From assembly GCA_973851085.1 (NCBI GenBank), contig OZ316776.1:3782001-3846000 (forward strand): a stretch of 64,000 nucleotides of DNA. Direction: 5' to 3'. Positions 13,100 through 26,421 of the stretch are shown here, piece after piece (the first letter of the stretch is position 1; the number at the start of each line of letters is the position of its first letter). The translations under genes were made by a program, and so were the position numbers. The notes under the pieces are model-generated. The model searched no databases, was not told the DNA's origin, and was given only the letters and a program-made list of their open reading frames with translations. This DNA is from Ptychomitrium polyphyllum (Eukaryota).

Positions 13100-15280
13100 A
13101 ATTGCAAGCGGCTCAATTCATTGATTCATTGGTGGTATTCGTGCTTGCTTTTGGTGCCCCTATAAGCTTCATTTCATTTTTAAAGGCGTGATTCTAAAAT
13201 AGTTGCTATTTATAATGGTGGTAGATCACATGCTTAGGAGTTAATATAAGATCACCTAAATTAAAAACAAAAAATAGCAAATAATGAATTCTTCCACTAT
13301 TTAAAATTCCTTTTTATAAGTCATGTTTAGAAGAGATGCTTATACTACTTGAAAATGGATGAAGAGCCTTATACCCTCCATAAGTAATATAAATTCACCT
13401 TCAACATAACTTTACTAATTTAAGAAATTTAAATAGCAAAAGAGCCATTATTCAATCCATTTGTGTTTTGTATGTAATTGATTTATATTTGATGACACTT
13501 TTTAATGGTATTCAAATAAAATCCAGTTATTTAAAAAAAAAATCTACTCTTCCATTGTTTCATCTCCTTCTAAGTCCACTATCTTTTTAATTCATTTAAT
13601 TCAATTTTAGAATAGCTACTAAATGTTTGAATAATAATTTTTTTTTAAAAATATACAAATTTAAATGTAAAAGTAAATCTTAAAAGAGTAATTTATTATT
13701 TTATATGTAATTTTTTTATAAAATATTGTTTTTACTTTGTATCAGTGAAATCTGTTATTTTTCAAATTTCATATATTTCTTAAATAAAACTCAAATACTT
13801 AATTATGTTTATTAAAAAAATTATGTAAGACATACATATCAAACTAAAACAATTTTAATTGATGACCTTTTTATGATTAAACTTTAATTTTGTCAATATC
13901 AAAAAGCATAGATTTGAAATGTATTTAAAAAATAATGACAAGAAACAACTTCAACAAAGCATAATATAAAAAAAACTACAAAAATAAAAAATGGTGTAGT
14001 GGCAAAGGAAAGTGAAAATGAAAATGAGAAAAAAATATTTTTAGATATTTCTTTTCAATCATTTAAACTTAAAGAATAATAAATTAAAATAATAAACAAG
14101 CATCCACAGTTTATTATTACATGTGATGCTCCTTTTACGTAAAAAATATACATTAAAATAATTTCATAAAAAATTATGAATTATCATTTTATAAAACAAA
14201 AAATAAAATAAAGAGTGTTAAATAATGTAGAAGTCCAATATGCAAATTCATAAAAAAAAAAACGGATTGCAAAAAAGCATAGTATTTCAAATTATCAATA
14301 TTATAATTGAAATTATGAAGTAATGTAAACTTTTGGATAGTTTAAGTTAATCATTGAATTATTTAGATATTTCATGAAAAGTTAATTTTTTATAATATTC
14401 TCCATTTAAAATGTATAAATTTCATTTTTTTGGAATGAATTGATTATTCCTACGAGCATCTAAATTTTATAAAATTTTCAATTTATCTTTTTAATTTTGA
14501 ATATATGTATTTAATTTAGAATCTAAAATCCTTTTATTTTATTTTAACTTTGAATAATTGTATTGATGTATAAATGTATCAAACTTCATACATGTGGACT
14601 TGCTTACTTTAATTTAGTAATTGCCAAACATCTACATTTAAATAATCAATAGAATTAAACTAATTCTTGAGCACCATTAATTACTATTCAACAGTTATAT
14701 TATTTCTTGATTTTGGACTAATAAACTATTTCTTAAACAATTTGTTTCTGCAATAACTACATATTCATATTTTTCAAGCAATAAGTTAAAATATCATTTC
14801 ACCAAAAATGTTGATTATTTAGATGCAAAAAAAGAATCCTTCAAAACTTTGTAAAAGGTTTTCAGTATTATACTTTCATAATATCAAAATTCATATTATC
14901 AAGTTAAACTTTAGGAATCATTTTTTTTATAAATTAAATTTATGAAGGATTTTTAAATGTTAGGTTTCAAATGCGATTCAAAAATATATATATATATAAA
15001 AAGATAGTTCTAATTACATGAGTATAATTTACAAATTTCTTTCAAGTTTCTATATAAAGTATGAAAAGAAACTTTATAGTCTAATGGTACTGTTTATTTG
15101 TCCATCCATCCACACTTATAACCGACTTTTACTTTTACTTTTACTTTTATATATACTTTTACCTTTTTATTGTCTATTGTGTGTGCATAGTTTATTGTTT
15201 GTAATTAATTTTTATTGTTTTCTATTTATTATTTATCTTTTATCTTTTATCTTTTTTGCTTTTACAATGGTATAGAAACC
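13100..15280. mobile_element. AT-rich decayed repeat block
   Basis: Extreme AT richness and CpG depletion with abrupt edges and no credible ORF. Confidence 0.45.
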
Positions 15281-16639
15281 TACGTTAAATAGCATCACAT
15301 GATGTCCGCCCTCCGTAACATTCAGCTTCGAAGCCTATGAACACGCACGCCATAAAGGAGTGACGTCAGAAAAGGCCAGTGCCGTAAAAGGTGAAAGGAT
15401 TCCAAAGGTCCTTATGACACAAGAGTGACACACGTACTGGCACCAGCGAGCCGTGGCCACAGAGAAAGCTCCTCCCGGCCAAAACATGCTGACGAGCGAC
15501 GTGAGTGGAGTGAGCTCCCAAACCCGCCATGGAAGATTCCACTCCTCCTGCTCACCGGATGAATGGATGCACTCATCCACGCAGTGTGCGGATTCCGGGG
15601 AGCTTGAATGAAGAACCTCCGCACTTGTACGCTTTTGGACGAAAAAGCAGCACCACCAGCTTTATTTGGTGTCACGGCCAGGACGAAGTCGCTGCACTCC
15701 GTGTTATGTACGAAGGGCGTATATTTAAGTCGCTGAGTATACGGAATGCGTAGGGAATATCGGTTTTAGGTTCAGTGACGGTTACGGGTATGCATCCTGC
15801 CCAGGCTTTAGCAGGAGCATCAGCAGCACGTTGGATGCTTGCAGTGAAGCGCGGAGGTACACCAGCAGTCAGTCGCCTGTTGTGAGGTTCGTAACGTAGA
15901 GAGCGGGTCAGTCGTCACTGCTCTCTTACTTCCTTTGTTTCCCTTTCTTTTCGGTACATATGAACAAGGATGCATTACCGGTGTAAGGGAGAAACCAGTC
16001 CCGGTAACTGGTTGCAAAGCAGGCCAAAAACTCACAGACTCACAGCGGGACTCTGTCAAGACCGAGTATTCACTGACCCCTTTTGACCGATGCCACGATG
16101 ATACTCGCATGACACTGATCTCATGCACCGATGATATCGGTGCGATGCACAGGTTGGGCGTCACGAGGTCGCCGTGTTCTGAACCTGGGGAGGCTGGAGT
16201 ACGTTCCACAGCCACTCGTCGTTCAAATGCTCGCGACGATTTAGAACATTATTTGGCAGGAAAGCAGGCCTGGAATATAACTGAAGTTAGTAGGTGGGGG
16301 CATTCGGGCCAACGAAAACGGCCAGCGGAGTTTTCATGCCAGATGTTACGGTAACAGTTGTCTTCCAGTGCGGGTGATACGAATCAGACGAGCTCTGTCT
16401 TGGTTTCGCCGTCACCATAGCCTTTCTCGCCGCATTGCCAACCTCGACTGCATCGTCGCGCGGCCCTTTCTGATGAGTTCATAAAGACGCCATTGCATGT
16501 CCCTTGCATGCACAGGCGGTGGGTACATCCGTCATCATGCTGTGAGTTCGGATGCTGCATTGATTCGGTTTTCAGCTTTGGAGCTTTTGGTTTGCAAGGT
16601 GGGTGTTACGGTTGAAAGAACGAGGGAGAGCGGATCACA

Positions 16640-18989
16640 ATGGCAGCGGGGAGTGCGTTGATGCAGCGGCACATGTGTGGGGTGCCGGGAGGTTTTGAGA
16701 CGGGATGCTGGCAGAACCAGCGGGCCGGGCGGGAGGAGCTCAAGCTAGGGTTGTCATGGAGGGCGAGTTTGCGTTGCCAGCGTCGCCGGGCGATTGAGGT
16801 CGTCGTGAGCGCGAGCAGCAAGACGCGGGCTGTGACAGAGGAGATGCAGGCGGAGTGTTCTGTAGCGGAGGCGCAGAATGGGTATGTGTTGCCGGCGGTT
16901 CCGAGTTTTAGCAATTCCGAGCACATAGGCTATGGCGTACTGGATGAGGGCAACTTTTACAGGGAGCGCTTTGTGGTGCGGTTCTCTGAAGTTGGCGATC
17001 GGAAAACTATGTCGTTGGAGATGCTTGCTTCGTTGTTGCAGGTATTTTTCTGTGTCTTAGAGGAAATTCCTAAATGGTTGACGAAACACTGGGGTGTTGT
17101 ACGAAGAGGATTGGCTTCTCTGTTGTCCGCCTGATTTCAAGAGCTTCATATTTGGGGAATTTTTTCTTTAAGCATATGATTGCTGTACATTTGGATCGGT
17201 TCTCGTTGCTTGAAACTTGATCTGATGTCGTGTATCCTCAAGCGCAGGAGGCTGCATGCAATCACGTCTTAAAGATTGGCTATGGAGCCTTCGCTGGGAC
17301 GATGGGGCGGGTGGTAACTGTCACAACGCGAATGCACATTGAAGTCGATCGATATCCTGTGTGGTAAGTCCGCATGCAGAGGTTCTCGTCGAATGCTGCT
17401 CTTGCAGCTTTGGAATTGTAACTTGGGGTCCGCCTGCGCAGGCATCGGCCGTCTCTGTGGACCTCAGTTTCTCTTCACTAATCGTTGGATAGTCCTTGTA
17501 ACAGTGCTGCCTTTCTTGCAGGCGGGACCTTTTGGAAGTCGATACTTGGTACTGCACTGAGGGCAGGAACGCTGTCAGGAGGGACTGGACAGTGAAGGAT
17601 GTTAAAACCGGTGAAATAATTGCAACGGCAACAAGGTTGGAGCTTCCGTCACTTTCTTTAGTATTAAGATCATTGCAACTGCTGCTTTGTTTAAGGCAAC
17701 GAGGCTCGGAAGGAAAGATGTGTATATGAGTATCAGTCGCTGCTATGAACGGGTGCATCCTAGTAGTGGAAAGAATTGAGTTGCTAATCGAGTCTATTTT
17801 CATGGAAGGAAGATGATTGAACTGTTTACAGCGTCTTCTTGAAATATTTGATCGGTCATTGTCTTCTGTGATTGCGATAATCTTGAATCCTAAATTTTGT
17901 TTCTAAGACTGATTGCAACTCTTTTGTTGCCAGTACTTGGGTTCTCATGAACATGGATACCAAAGCTATGGTACGAATTACGGATGCGATACGATCTGAA
18001 TTTGCTCCCTGGGCGAGGGATCCTCCGAAGTAAGTTTTCAAGGATGCCTTCGTATTTTTCTTTTTGGAGCGCATTTTGCATACATATCTTGTAGAGAGAC
18101 GGCGCTCTCCCTTTCGCAAATGCCTAATTTGCCAATTGTTTGCCTTCAGGTGGGCTTTATCAGAAGATAGGATAAAAGCTAGCTCAGGGCGTATTCCAAA
18201 AATTAATGGAGATGCAGAGTTTCATAGAACTGGACTTTATGTAAGAACCTCGCCGTCTTTGTTGTATTTTGATTCCTCTTACTCATTTGAGAATCCAATC
18301 TAATTTTGCATTGTTGAGGTCTCATGTAGCAAATCCTGTACTTCAGCCTAAAATCTGCATTCAAAATTTGTATTACCAACACTGTTTGACTTGTGGATCA
18401 TATTGTTCAGCCAACAGAGGGAGACCTTGACATGAACCAGCACGTCAACAATGTCAAATATATTAGCTGGACAATGGAGGTGCGTAGTCCGAATATCTTA
18501 TTTGGTTATCCTTCCAACTTCAGTTTAAAGTTCGTCATTGACTTGCTTCCTGTCAATTTGGTGAAGCATTACAATATGTGAGATTATTCTTTTCTAAATG
18601 GGAGTTTCAGGGAATGTAGATTAAGCTGTAGGCAGTATCAGGCGTCGGTTACGTGATAATTAGTACTTATTTTCGATTTTTTTCACTTGCGAACATTTCT
18701 TTGTATATTTTACTAGTGCCATAATTGGGGTCCGTGCTCTTTCCTGCAGAGTTTACCTATAGAGTTTAGAGAAAGTCACGAAATACGCAAGATCACACTC
18801 GAGTATCGTCGAGAGGCTCAAAAGGGCGATACTGTGGAATCCAGGGCGAAGGCGGAGCTTTTTAACGACGATGGTGCCTCAGTTGCCGGAAACACAGAGG
18901 AGCCGACAGAAAAACGGTTTGTTCATGTTATCAGGAATCAGGATGGTCAAGAAATCAACAAGGGACGCACTGTTTGGACTCGCTTATAA
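16640..18989 (+). CDS. FATA: Plastid acyl-ACP thioesterase, FatA-like but divergent, about 375 aa, 7 exons
   Basis: Exons 16640-17041, 17248-17363, 17522-17635, 17934-18029, 18150-18240, 18411-18479, 18750-18989 (1128 nt, phase-consistent). Motifs YRERFVVRFSEVG, EAACNH, RMHIEVDRYPVW, RRDW, DLDMNQHVNNVKYISW, ITLEYRRE, EINKGRTVW. Transit-peptide-like N-terminus. Confidence 0.92.
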
Positions 18990-20576
18990 ATTTGAGAGGT
19001 TAGTATTGGTTTGCTTGAGTGAGTGATCTACATAGGGGTAAAAGTATTACACTCAATCCTTCCGCTGTATTTTTGCAAAGCAGGGTTTAGAATTAGATGC
19101 TGTTTTCATCAAAATATACCGGAACTGTATTTTTAGGGGTTATTTTTGTGCTTATGTGGGCAAACTTTGTAACGTATTTGGAGTTCACAGCACTGCTATA
19201 ATATGGCTGGCCCCATTTTGTCAGAGCTGTCTTATATCAAACATTGTCTGGTTGTTGTGAATGAACGTGTGTCCAAAGAGAATAGACAGCTCTGTATATA
19301 GATTCTGAGTCTAAGAATTGGCTCTTTCTCTCAGCTCGAGTATTAGCTCCCTCAATTGCTTTGCACTAGTCGTGGTATGTTGTAAATTTCCAATCGGCCC
19401 TGCAACTGTGATAGAAACCAGCAATGCAGCGGCTCTGTAGTTTGCAGATGTAGAGCTGGTACACTTTCAGTGAACCCTTCATTTTTAAAGGAATTCTGCA
19501 CATTAGCTCACCTGTCAGGTTGAAAGCATGACTAGTCTCTTTTGTTCACATGGAGTTCGAAGTCTATGGTTAGGGTCTGAATGGGCCCAATCAAAGAGTT
19601 TTAGTACACGTCAGTTTAAGATGGATGAACGTCGAGGGATCTGCCCCCGTATCTGTCACGAACTCCCTCAGAAAGTCTTAATGCAACGAACTCCACTATA
19701 TGACCAGAGGAGCAACATTCCAGGTTACAAAAAGCTTCTTTGTTAATTATTTTCTAAACTTCGATGGTGCTCTAATGATCTAGTACAATCTTGGACCAAT
19801 CTCGTAGAACTGTTTTGGAGAGAAAAAAAGGAAATCATGGCAGGAATCCTGATGTTTCGCTTCACGACAGAATGACATGATGTCAGAAGAGTATCAACCA
19901 AATGAAGCAATCTAACTCTAACCTTCACCTTCATCCTATGCCTCCTGAGCAGGACGTTTACATCATTGAAGTCAACACGAGACGAAGCCGGAGATCTGTT
20001 ACCGATCTCGAGTATGGTGACCTTCGTATTCAGACGATGTGGCATTTTATGAGCAGTGTGAAACCATTGAATTCATAAAATTGTGATAGATGCATGTGCC
20101 GAATGAAGAAGAGCAGAATATTGCTAACCAGAATATTGTGTAATATCATTCCATGAATCGATAACCTTTTCAAAAGGATAAGCACGGTCTAAGGATCTGA
20201 TTAGATATACAGCAAATTCTGCTTGTACGTTTTCAGCTTAATGATACTGGTCTAATACAAGTTTGACAAATTCACTAAGAAATTTAATTCATTTCCGTAG
20301 ATACGGTAGTGGACTAGTTTGGCCTGGGAACATACTGCTCCACTTCTAGACACGAAGAACCTTGGTTTCAGAACACTTGCTGGCTGTCATTAGTTGGCAC
20401 TGACACAGAGATATGAATAATAAAGAACCTCGTGGCTACAACCTCCATTCACATAGTTCACGGAGGACTGCTTCACTACAGTATACGCGCTATGTCTTTA
20501 CGAGTGCATGCAAACTCAACCAACGTCATGAACTGTATTATACAAAAGGAATGGAAAGAGATCAAATTTGAGCCTA

Positions 20577-23488
20577 CTAGAGTGCGTTGTTGAAAGCTAT
20601 GGATGTCGCAGGCAACCACTCTTGCCCTGCAATGAAATTGCTGACAGTGAACTTGGTGGCCTCGGTAATGGAAATTTGTCTGCTCCATCTGACACGACTG
20701 GCAGTTTTCGCTCCAGGGCCTGTGTTGCTATACTCTCCATAATTTACATTCTTTCCAGAGTTGGGATCAGCGTTCCACAGCAACCAACCTGCAGGGTTTA
20801 CACAGGAGGCAAGAGTAGACTTGATGAACAGAGTCTGTGCATAAGGTTTCCATGGGCGTCCCAGATATGTTGGGTAAGAATCCGGTAGCCCAGGCGCAGC
20901 TCCGACTGTACAGGAAAGGAAGGAGAGCCCAGTGTTTTGCCCGGGGTCGGTTCGACCACTGGCTGTGTAGATGTTCTGTGAACCGGGTCTTCCCAGTCGA
21001 GCTTGGAGGTTGCAGTTCTGAAAAACTGCTGCGGCGTTGCCAAAGATGTAGTCAATTGTGCCGGTGATGGTGCAACCGCTGTAAAATTGGCGGAGAGTGT
21101 GTGCATAGAGCGTGTCCTGCATATTGAAAGTGAGACTTAACTTATTTTACATAAAATGTTCAAGATTAATCAGTGCGAACACAACGTCGTTCTGCCGAAT
21201 AAGCTTGTGCATACATGGATGTCAAGCTAGGCACTTGAATGGCACATTTAGAACAAGCTCATCAAATCTAGGTTAGGCTTCCAGACATGCTTGAGTACTG
21301 GAATTGACTATTACAAGTACCTGATAGCCCTCAAGATTGACGTTAGAGAATGCCTGCTGGTCCCCTCCAGCTCTCAAAGCTACAGCTTGTTCCCCCGAAG
21401 CACCTGCGGTGTTCTGAATAGTCATATCTTTCCCGATGAAACCGGGTGCAACCACCGCTGCAAAAGACAATTCATATCACACAGAGTTGCAAAATGAGTG
21501 GATCAGAAGGGGTTCACTGAGGAAATCTGAGTGGTCATATCCGAACCAAAAATCAGCAGGTTCTTTCCATTCCAAACCGAAATAAGGCGAATGCGTAGGT
21601 AATTCCAAATCTGCGAGTTCGTGGATGACGGACCGTGTGTCACAGCTTGAAATGCACAACGACAACGACAATGACATTGTTATCAACTGTTGTCAATGAC
21701 AATGCTATCAATATCGATATAAGGAATTCGGCTCCATTCACCACTTTTTGTATCGATTTGGAATCCCCTCCTTGACACGTATCACCCACCAGACTCCACA
21801 GGATGGAGCTACATCCACTGCTTATTGTATCAATGTGAACTTTCCTGAGCCATCTAGAGCAACAGTAACATTTGGAGTTGGCTTTCTAGCTTGTATCAGT
21901 GGATATTGGCTCAGGACAGTTAATATCGATATAAAAAGCAATTGTTGCTACTTGAAACTATCAAAACTCAGTGCACTAGTCGTGCACATGCAAGAGACAA
22001 AATCGGTTGTTTCCTAAAGAGGCCAATGACTATGTCAAAGCTACGCAGAATCAATCAGGGTAGCTGTGGTAGCAAATTACCAAAAGTGGCAGAGAGGAAT
22101 GTGGTAGTTCCGGTGCCTGCCACACTTCTCTTTCCAGTAATCACAGTATTTCCAGGGCCATCTCCATACATCATTAGGTTCTTCTTTCCCTTCGGTATAC
22201 TCACATACTCCGTGTAAGTCCCCTTCTTGACATAAATCATCCACCGGGCACCACCCGATGGAGCTGCATCAACCGCTTTTTGTATAGATGTGTATTGTCC
22301 TGAGCTATCCAGAGCAACAACAGCATTTGGAGTTGGCTTGCTGGCAGCTTGTAGCAAACGACGGCCTTCTCGAGAGAACCAGCGAGGAAACTCAGCCCCT
22401 AAAGAGCTGTCCTTTTCCATTTCATGGAAGGCAAGAGCTTCCACAAGACGCCGGCTATGACGAGGAAACAGTTGGCCGAAGTCAGTAACCTTTGAAAGAG
22501 AATTGACCAAAGAAAGTGAATTACTAAGAAGCACTGTAGTATATGTTCCATGAGTTCCATTAATTGCATCACTTGCATTCCAGATACCAAATTCTTTCAC
22601 CCCCGTCAGGCATGTGTCTTGGTAGGTTAGGGCAGCGGCCATGTATTGTTGAATGTTACCAACCTCAGATTTCAAGGTTTGTAACCTCAAATTGGACACC
22701 CGGGACAAAGAAGTGTTCACTTGCTCAAAGCAGTCCGCGAGAACCTCTCTACACATCTCTAAAGTTGAGTGCTGGATTCCGATCTTGACCCGTGATGACA
22801 GCTGTAGGCCTTGAACCGCATCCAAGGACTTGGATATGGCCACCATGGCTGCCTTCATCGCGATCTGCACGTATTTCTGTGGGTTGCTGGTGTCGGAACC
22901 GAAGAGAGTGCTGTTGCAGACTTCGGGGTACCTACACATTCTGCAACTTTAGCAAATCACAGACAAGAACAGCTTCAAAGCCTCACATTTCCAAAGAAAA
23001 ACAGTTCAGATCTATATTCACAAACTTTCAAAGAACAAATAAGTACACATTGAGCATTCGCCTTTTTGCACGGAATGATTGAAGCTAGTGGACGCTCCAA
23101 GCTAGAAACAGAATACATGAGCTTGAGCCGAAGAGTAGACTTACAAGGTGTTGCTGCAAACACCACTAATAGAGTTGGAGTTCACTTCTCCATCGCCATT
23201 ACTGTCATTTTTCTTAGAAACTGTGATCCTGACCACCGTTGAACTGATCACAACCACCACAACGAGAACAATGCACGAACACAAGGCTATGCAACCCTTC
23301 TTGGATCTCTTCCTTGGAGAGGGCATCTCTGTCATGGCTCTCACCGGATTCTTGATCGGCATTCCGTTACTCTGGCTTACCTTGGTATAGGACCTCTTGA
23401 ACGCTCCCAATGCTGACACCACGTTCCTGGCTTTACTCCACAGCCTCTCCCCCGAGCCCGCCGACGCTGTTCTGCCCATGGAGCGCAT
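20577..23488 (-). CDS. PME: Type I pectin methylesterase with PMEI pro-domain and N-terminal membrane anchor, about 623 aa, 4 exons
   Basis: Exons 23488-23145, 22931-22081, 21457-21321, 21116-20577 (1872 nt). TM segment IVLVVVVVI, PMEI cysteines (CSNTLYPEVC, TYQDTC), RRLV and RRLL processing motifs, catalytic motifs QAVALR, YQDTLY, GTIDYIFG, YLGRPWK. Confidence 0.96.
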
Positions 23489-24129
23489 TGCAAGCTCACT
23501 TCGTTAAGATGATTTATAGAAAGGCTTCACTCCAATGCTTGCCGCTATCCGACCTTCGAAATGGAAGTCAAGTGTGTTCTGCCTCTTGCCTCCGATTAGC
23601 ACCTACTTGTACCTCGAAATACCAGCTTTTGCTTGATCTAGCGGTGACTACAGCAGCTTTATTCATACGAAAACTAGTATCTATCTGCGCAGGATAAGTT
23701 CAACCTACAGTAATATCGACCTAAAATGTACTACACATACGCAGCTGTATGTTCATGGAAAAAACACAAGCAAAATAGGGTGCTCCTCTCACCACCTCTA
23801 CAGGATGCTTGGCAAAGGCAATATGGCAACGTACCGACAAGTCACTACTGCTCTCAAGTACATCTATGCTCAAAGCCGTTGCAGGAAACTGAAGAGCAAG
23901 ACCGTACTACGCCCTTAAACCCTTTGATTGCATCACTAGTGGGATGCAACAAGGCCCAAGGAAGGTGATGAGATCAATACACAACATAAGCATTGAGCTG
24001 CCACCATGGCCTAAACGTTACTACTAGCACCTGCACAAAATCAGAAGGTTGTAGTTTGAGGGTGTCCATGGTGAGAGAGTGCCTGGTGCAGGTTTTCATC
24101 CAAAACTGCAGGAGCAAAATCTCATCTTC

Positions 24130-26340
24130 TATAAGTGCTTTATTTTTGAGGGGGGTGACTGCTTTGCATTGTAGAGGATGAGAAGTGGTCCACTTTGAAA
24201 CAACTTTCGTTCAATGGAAGAGTTGTATTTTGAGGGATTGGAATTCAATGGTGGAGATTTGATAGTAGAACATATATACAAAAATGTAAAGAATAGAAAT
24301 GAATATTGGAAATTGGAGGCAAGTGATGTTATTGCATGTGTGAAAAGGTAGATGAAAACACATAACATTTCATACAAAATTAAATAAGGATGAATACACA
24401 ACATATATGGATGATAAAAAATATAAGATTTCAATTTACAATAAGATTGCATGAGCAAAAGGTGAGTGATGAGATGTAAGAAATTATGTACCAAAATAGA
24501 TATATTTAGTTTTTAGTTTAGAAGGTGAATTTGAAATACATGTATTTTAATTTGTTTTAAGATTTTGGAAAATGATTAGGAGTGTCTACATCTGTAGAAA
24601 CTATGAAAGACTTAGTGCTTGAACTATTAATTTAGAAATCTTAAAGATCTAAATATTTGCTTATGTGATGATTAAAATTGAGTGTTGGAGAATTTTATTA
24701 GAAGGAGTCTTCACCCACTTTTTTAATGTTTCATTTCACAACAATTGATGTTATTTAGACAAAAGAAGAAGATTTATATAATTGTCACATTCATATGATA
24801 ATTGTAGTAATTGCTTTTATAAATAGGAGCATAAGTGTCTTTTCTTTTCATGCACAATTTTGGCTTTGTGTTAATTCTTTAACTTTTGCTTGCATGTCAT
24901 AGCAGGCAGCTCCTAATTAGGCCTTCTTGACAAGGACAATGTGCAATTCTGTATATTGCAATCCAAATCTTAAATAGCTGTAATATAAGTGATTCTATTT
25001 GAAAAGGGCGCTTAAATAAATATATTGCATAATGGCATGTTTGCTTGCTTTTCATTTGTTCATTTTTGCGTCACAATAAGAAATGAAGTCACTATTGTAT
25101 CCATAGATAATTATAAATTCCTTATGGAATATGCAACGTTAGAAGCTGATAGCGTTGTAGAAAGAAATGGAAGATTAGTTGAAAGATTGGAAGACAAAGT
25201 TAAATTAGACTTACAAATTGCATTGGCCTTTTCCATTAGATATAGCAATATTGCCAAATTCTATCTATTAGTTAAGATCTTCTAAACATGATTCTAAAGC
25301 TGCTTACAATAACAACCATCATTGCTTTGAAAAACTTTGAAAAATTATTGTTCATCATTATGCCATTTAATTATTGCTAAAGCAATATATGAACCTTTGT
25401 GTCTTCCAATTGCATAATACAAATTGCAACATTCATATAAATTGGGTTGTACACATTAGGATCCATGGTTCTCTACGACTTGACACATTTGATGCGCTCA
25501 AACATGATCCATGAATCTTGAATATTCTCCTTGAGCAATAAGTATTTAATTGATTAAATTAAATTTAGATTTAATATTAACCATATACATTTTAAAAATG
25601 AAGACCTTGCCAATACCTTAATCTAAGAATTTGTTCTTGTGCACAATTTGCTAGATGCACAATTTAATAATACCTTAAAAGGATCTATGTTGAGTAAGTT
25701 GCTTCAGCTTAGAGACTTTGTACTTGACTTTGAGTGACATGAAAGCTTAAAATTTACTTGGCACTGGATATAACTCTTCCACATTAAGTGGTTTTTTCTT
25801 GTTGTTATCCTCCTTGGCTAGGAGGAACTTGCTAGGAAGAACTTCCAAAGGAACTCCTTGTCGGCGTCCATTATAATCTTAAAGTGCGCTATAATAAGAA
25901 TCTTCTGGATTTGGTATTATAGTAGTTGCTTGACATGCATGGCAGAATTCCAATAGACAACAAAAGAAGCCACACTACAAACTTATGCATTGTAGATGGC
26001 CAACACAGATGCAGTAACAAAATATGAATACCTGATCATTTCGGATGCTGGATGGTTTGGTATCGCACCAAGTATGGCCATTGTAACATTTATCCCTGCC
26101 CTCCATGAGACCACCTAGAGTCCTTACCATGCTAATTGGAGGAAACTCAAAGACAATATTGCTGTTGAAATCAAGAGGAAGGAACATCACATTCTTGTTA
26201 ATGGATATACAACCAAAATCCAACTTTCTAAGCGCTTTCGTAAAGCCTCTTCTTGTACTCACTTACGACAAACCAACAAATAACTTCAGACACAAAGCCC
26301 ACGAAGACAAAATTTGGCTTCTTTTGAGCTCTTCCTGAAT
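24130..26340. mobile_element. Decayed DNA-transposon block with a GCM/WRKY-fold-like (MULE-associated) relic on the minus strand at about 25975-26260
   Basis: Relic FLPLDFNSNIVFEFPP...MEGRDKCYNGHTWCDTKPSSIRND...YCICVGHLQC resembles GCM-type zinc DNA-binding domains (DGxxW...CxGxLxC) of MULE-like elements. Surrounding DNA is AT-rich with many stops. Confidence 0.5.
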
Positions 26341-26421
26341 CAAAGAGCTTGTCACAGCCTAATAAAACATTACTCAGTCAATCCGAATCCCTCTAGAATG
26401 TGTATTTTAGAGAACAAATAC

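Noticed and set aside
15820..16354. Overlapping 131-aa and 139-aa ORFs upstream of the thioesterase
   Set aside because: No recognisable motif; likely chance ORFs in a GC-rich promoter or 5' UTR.
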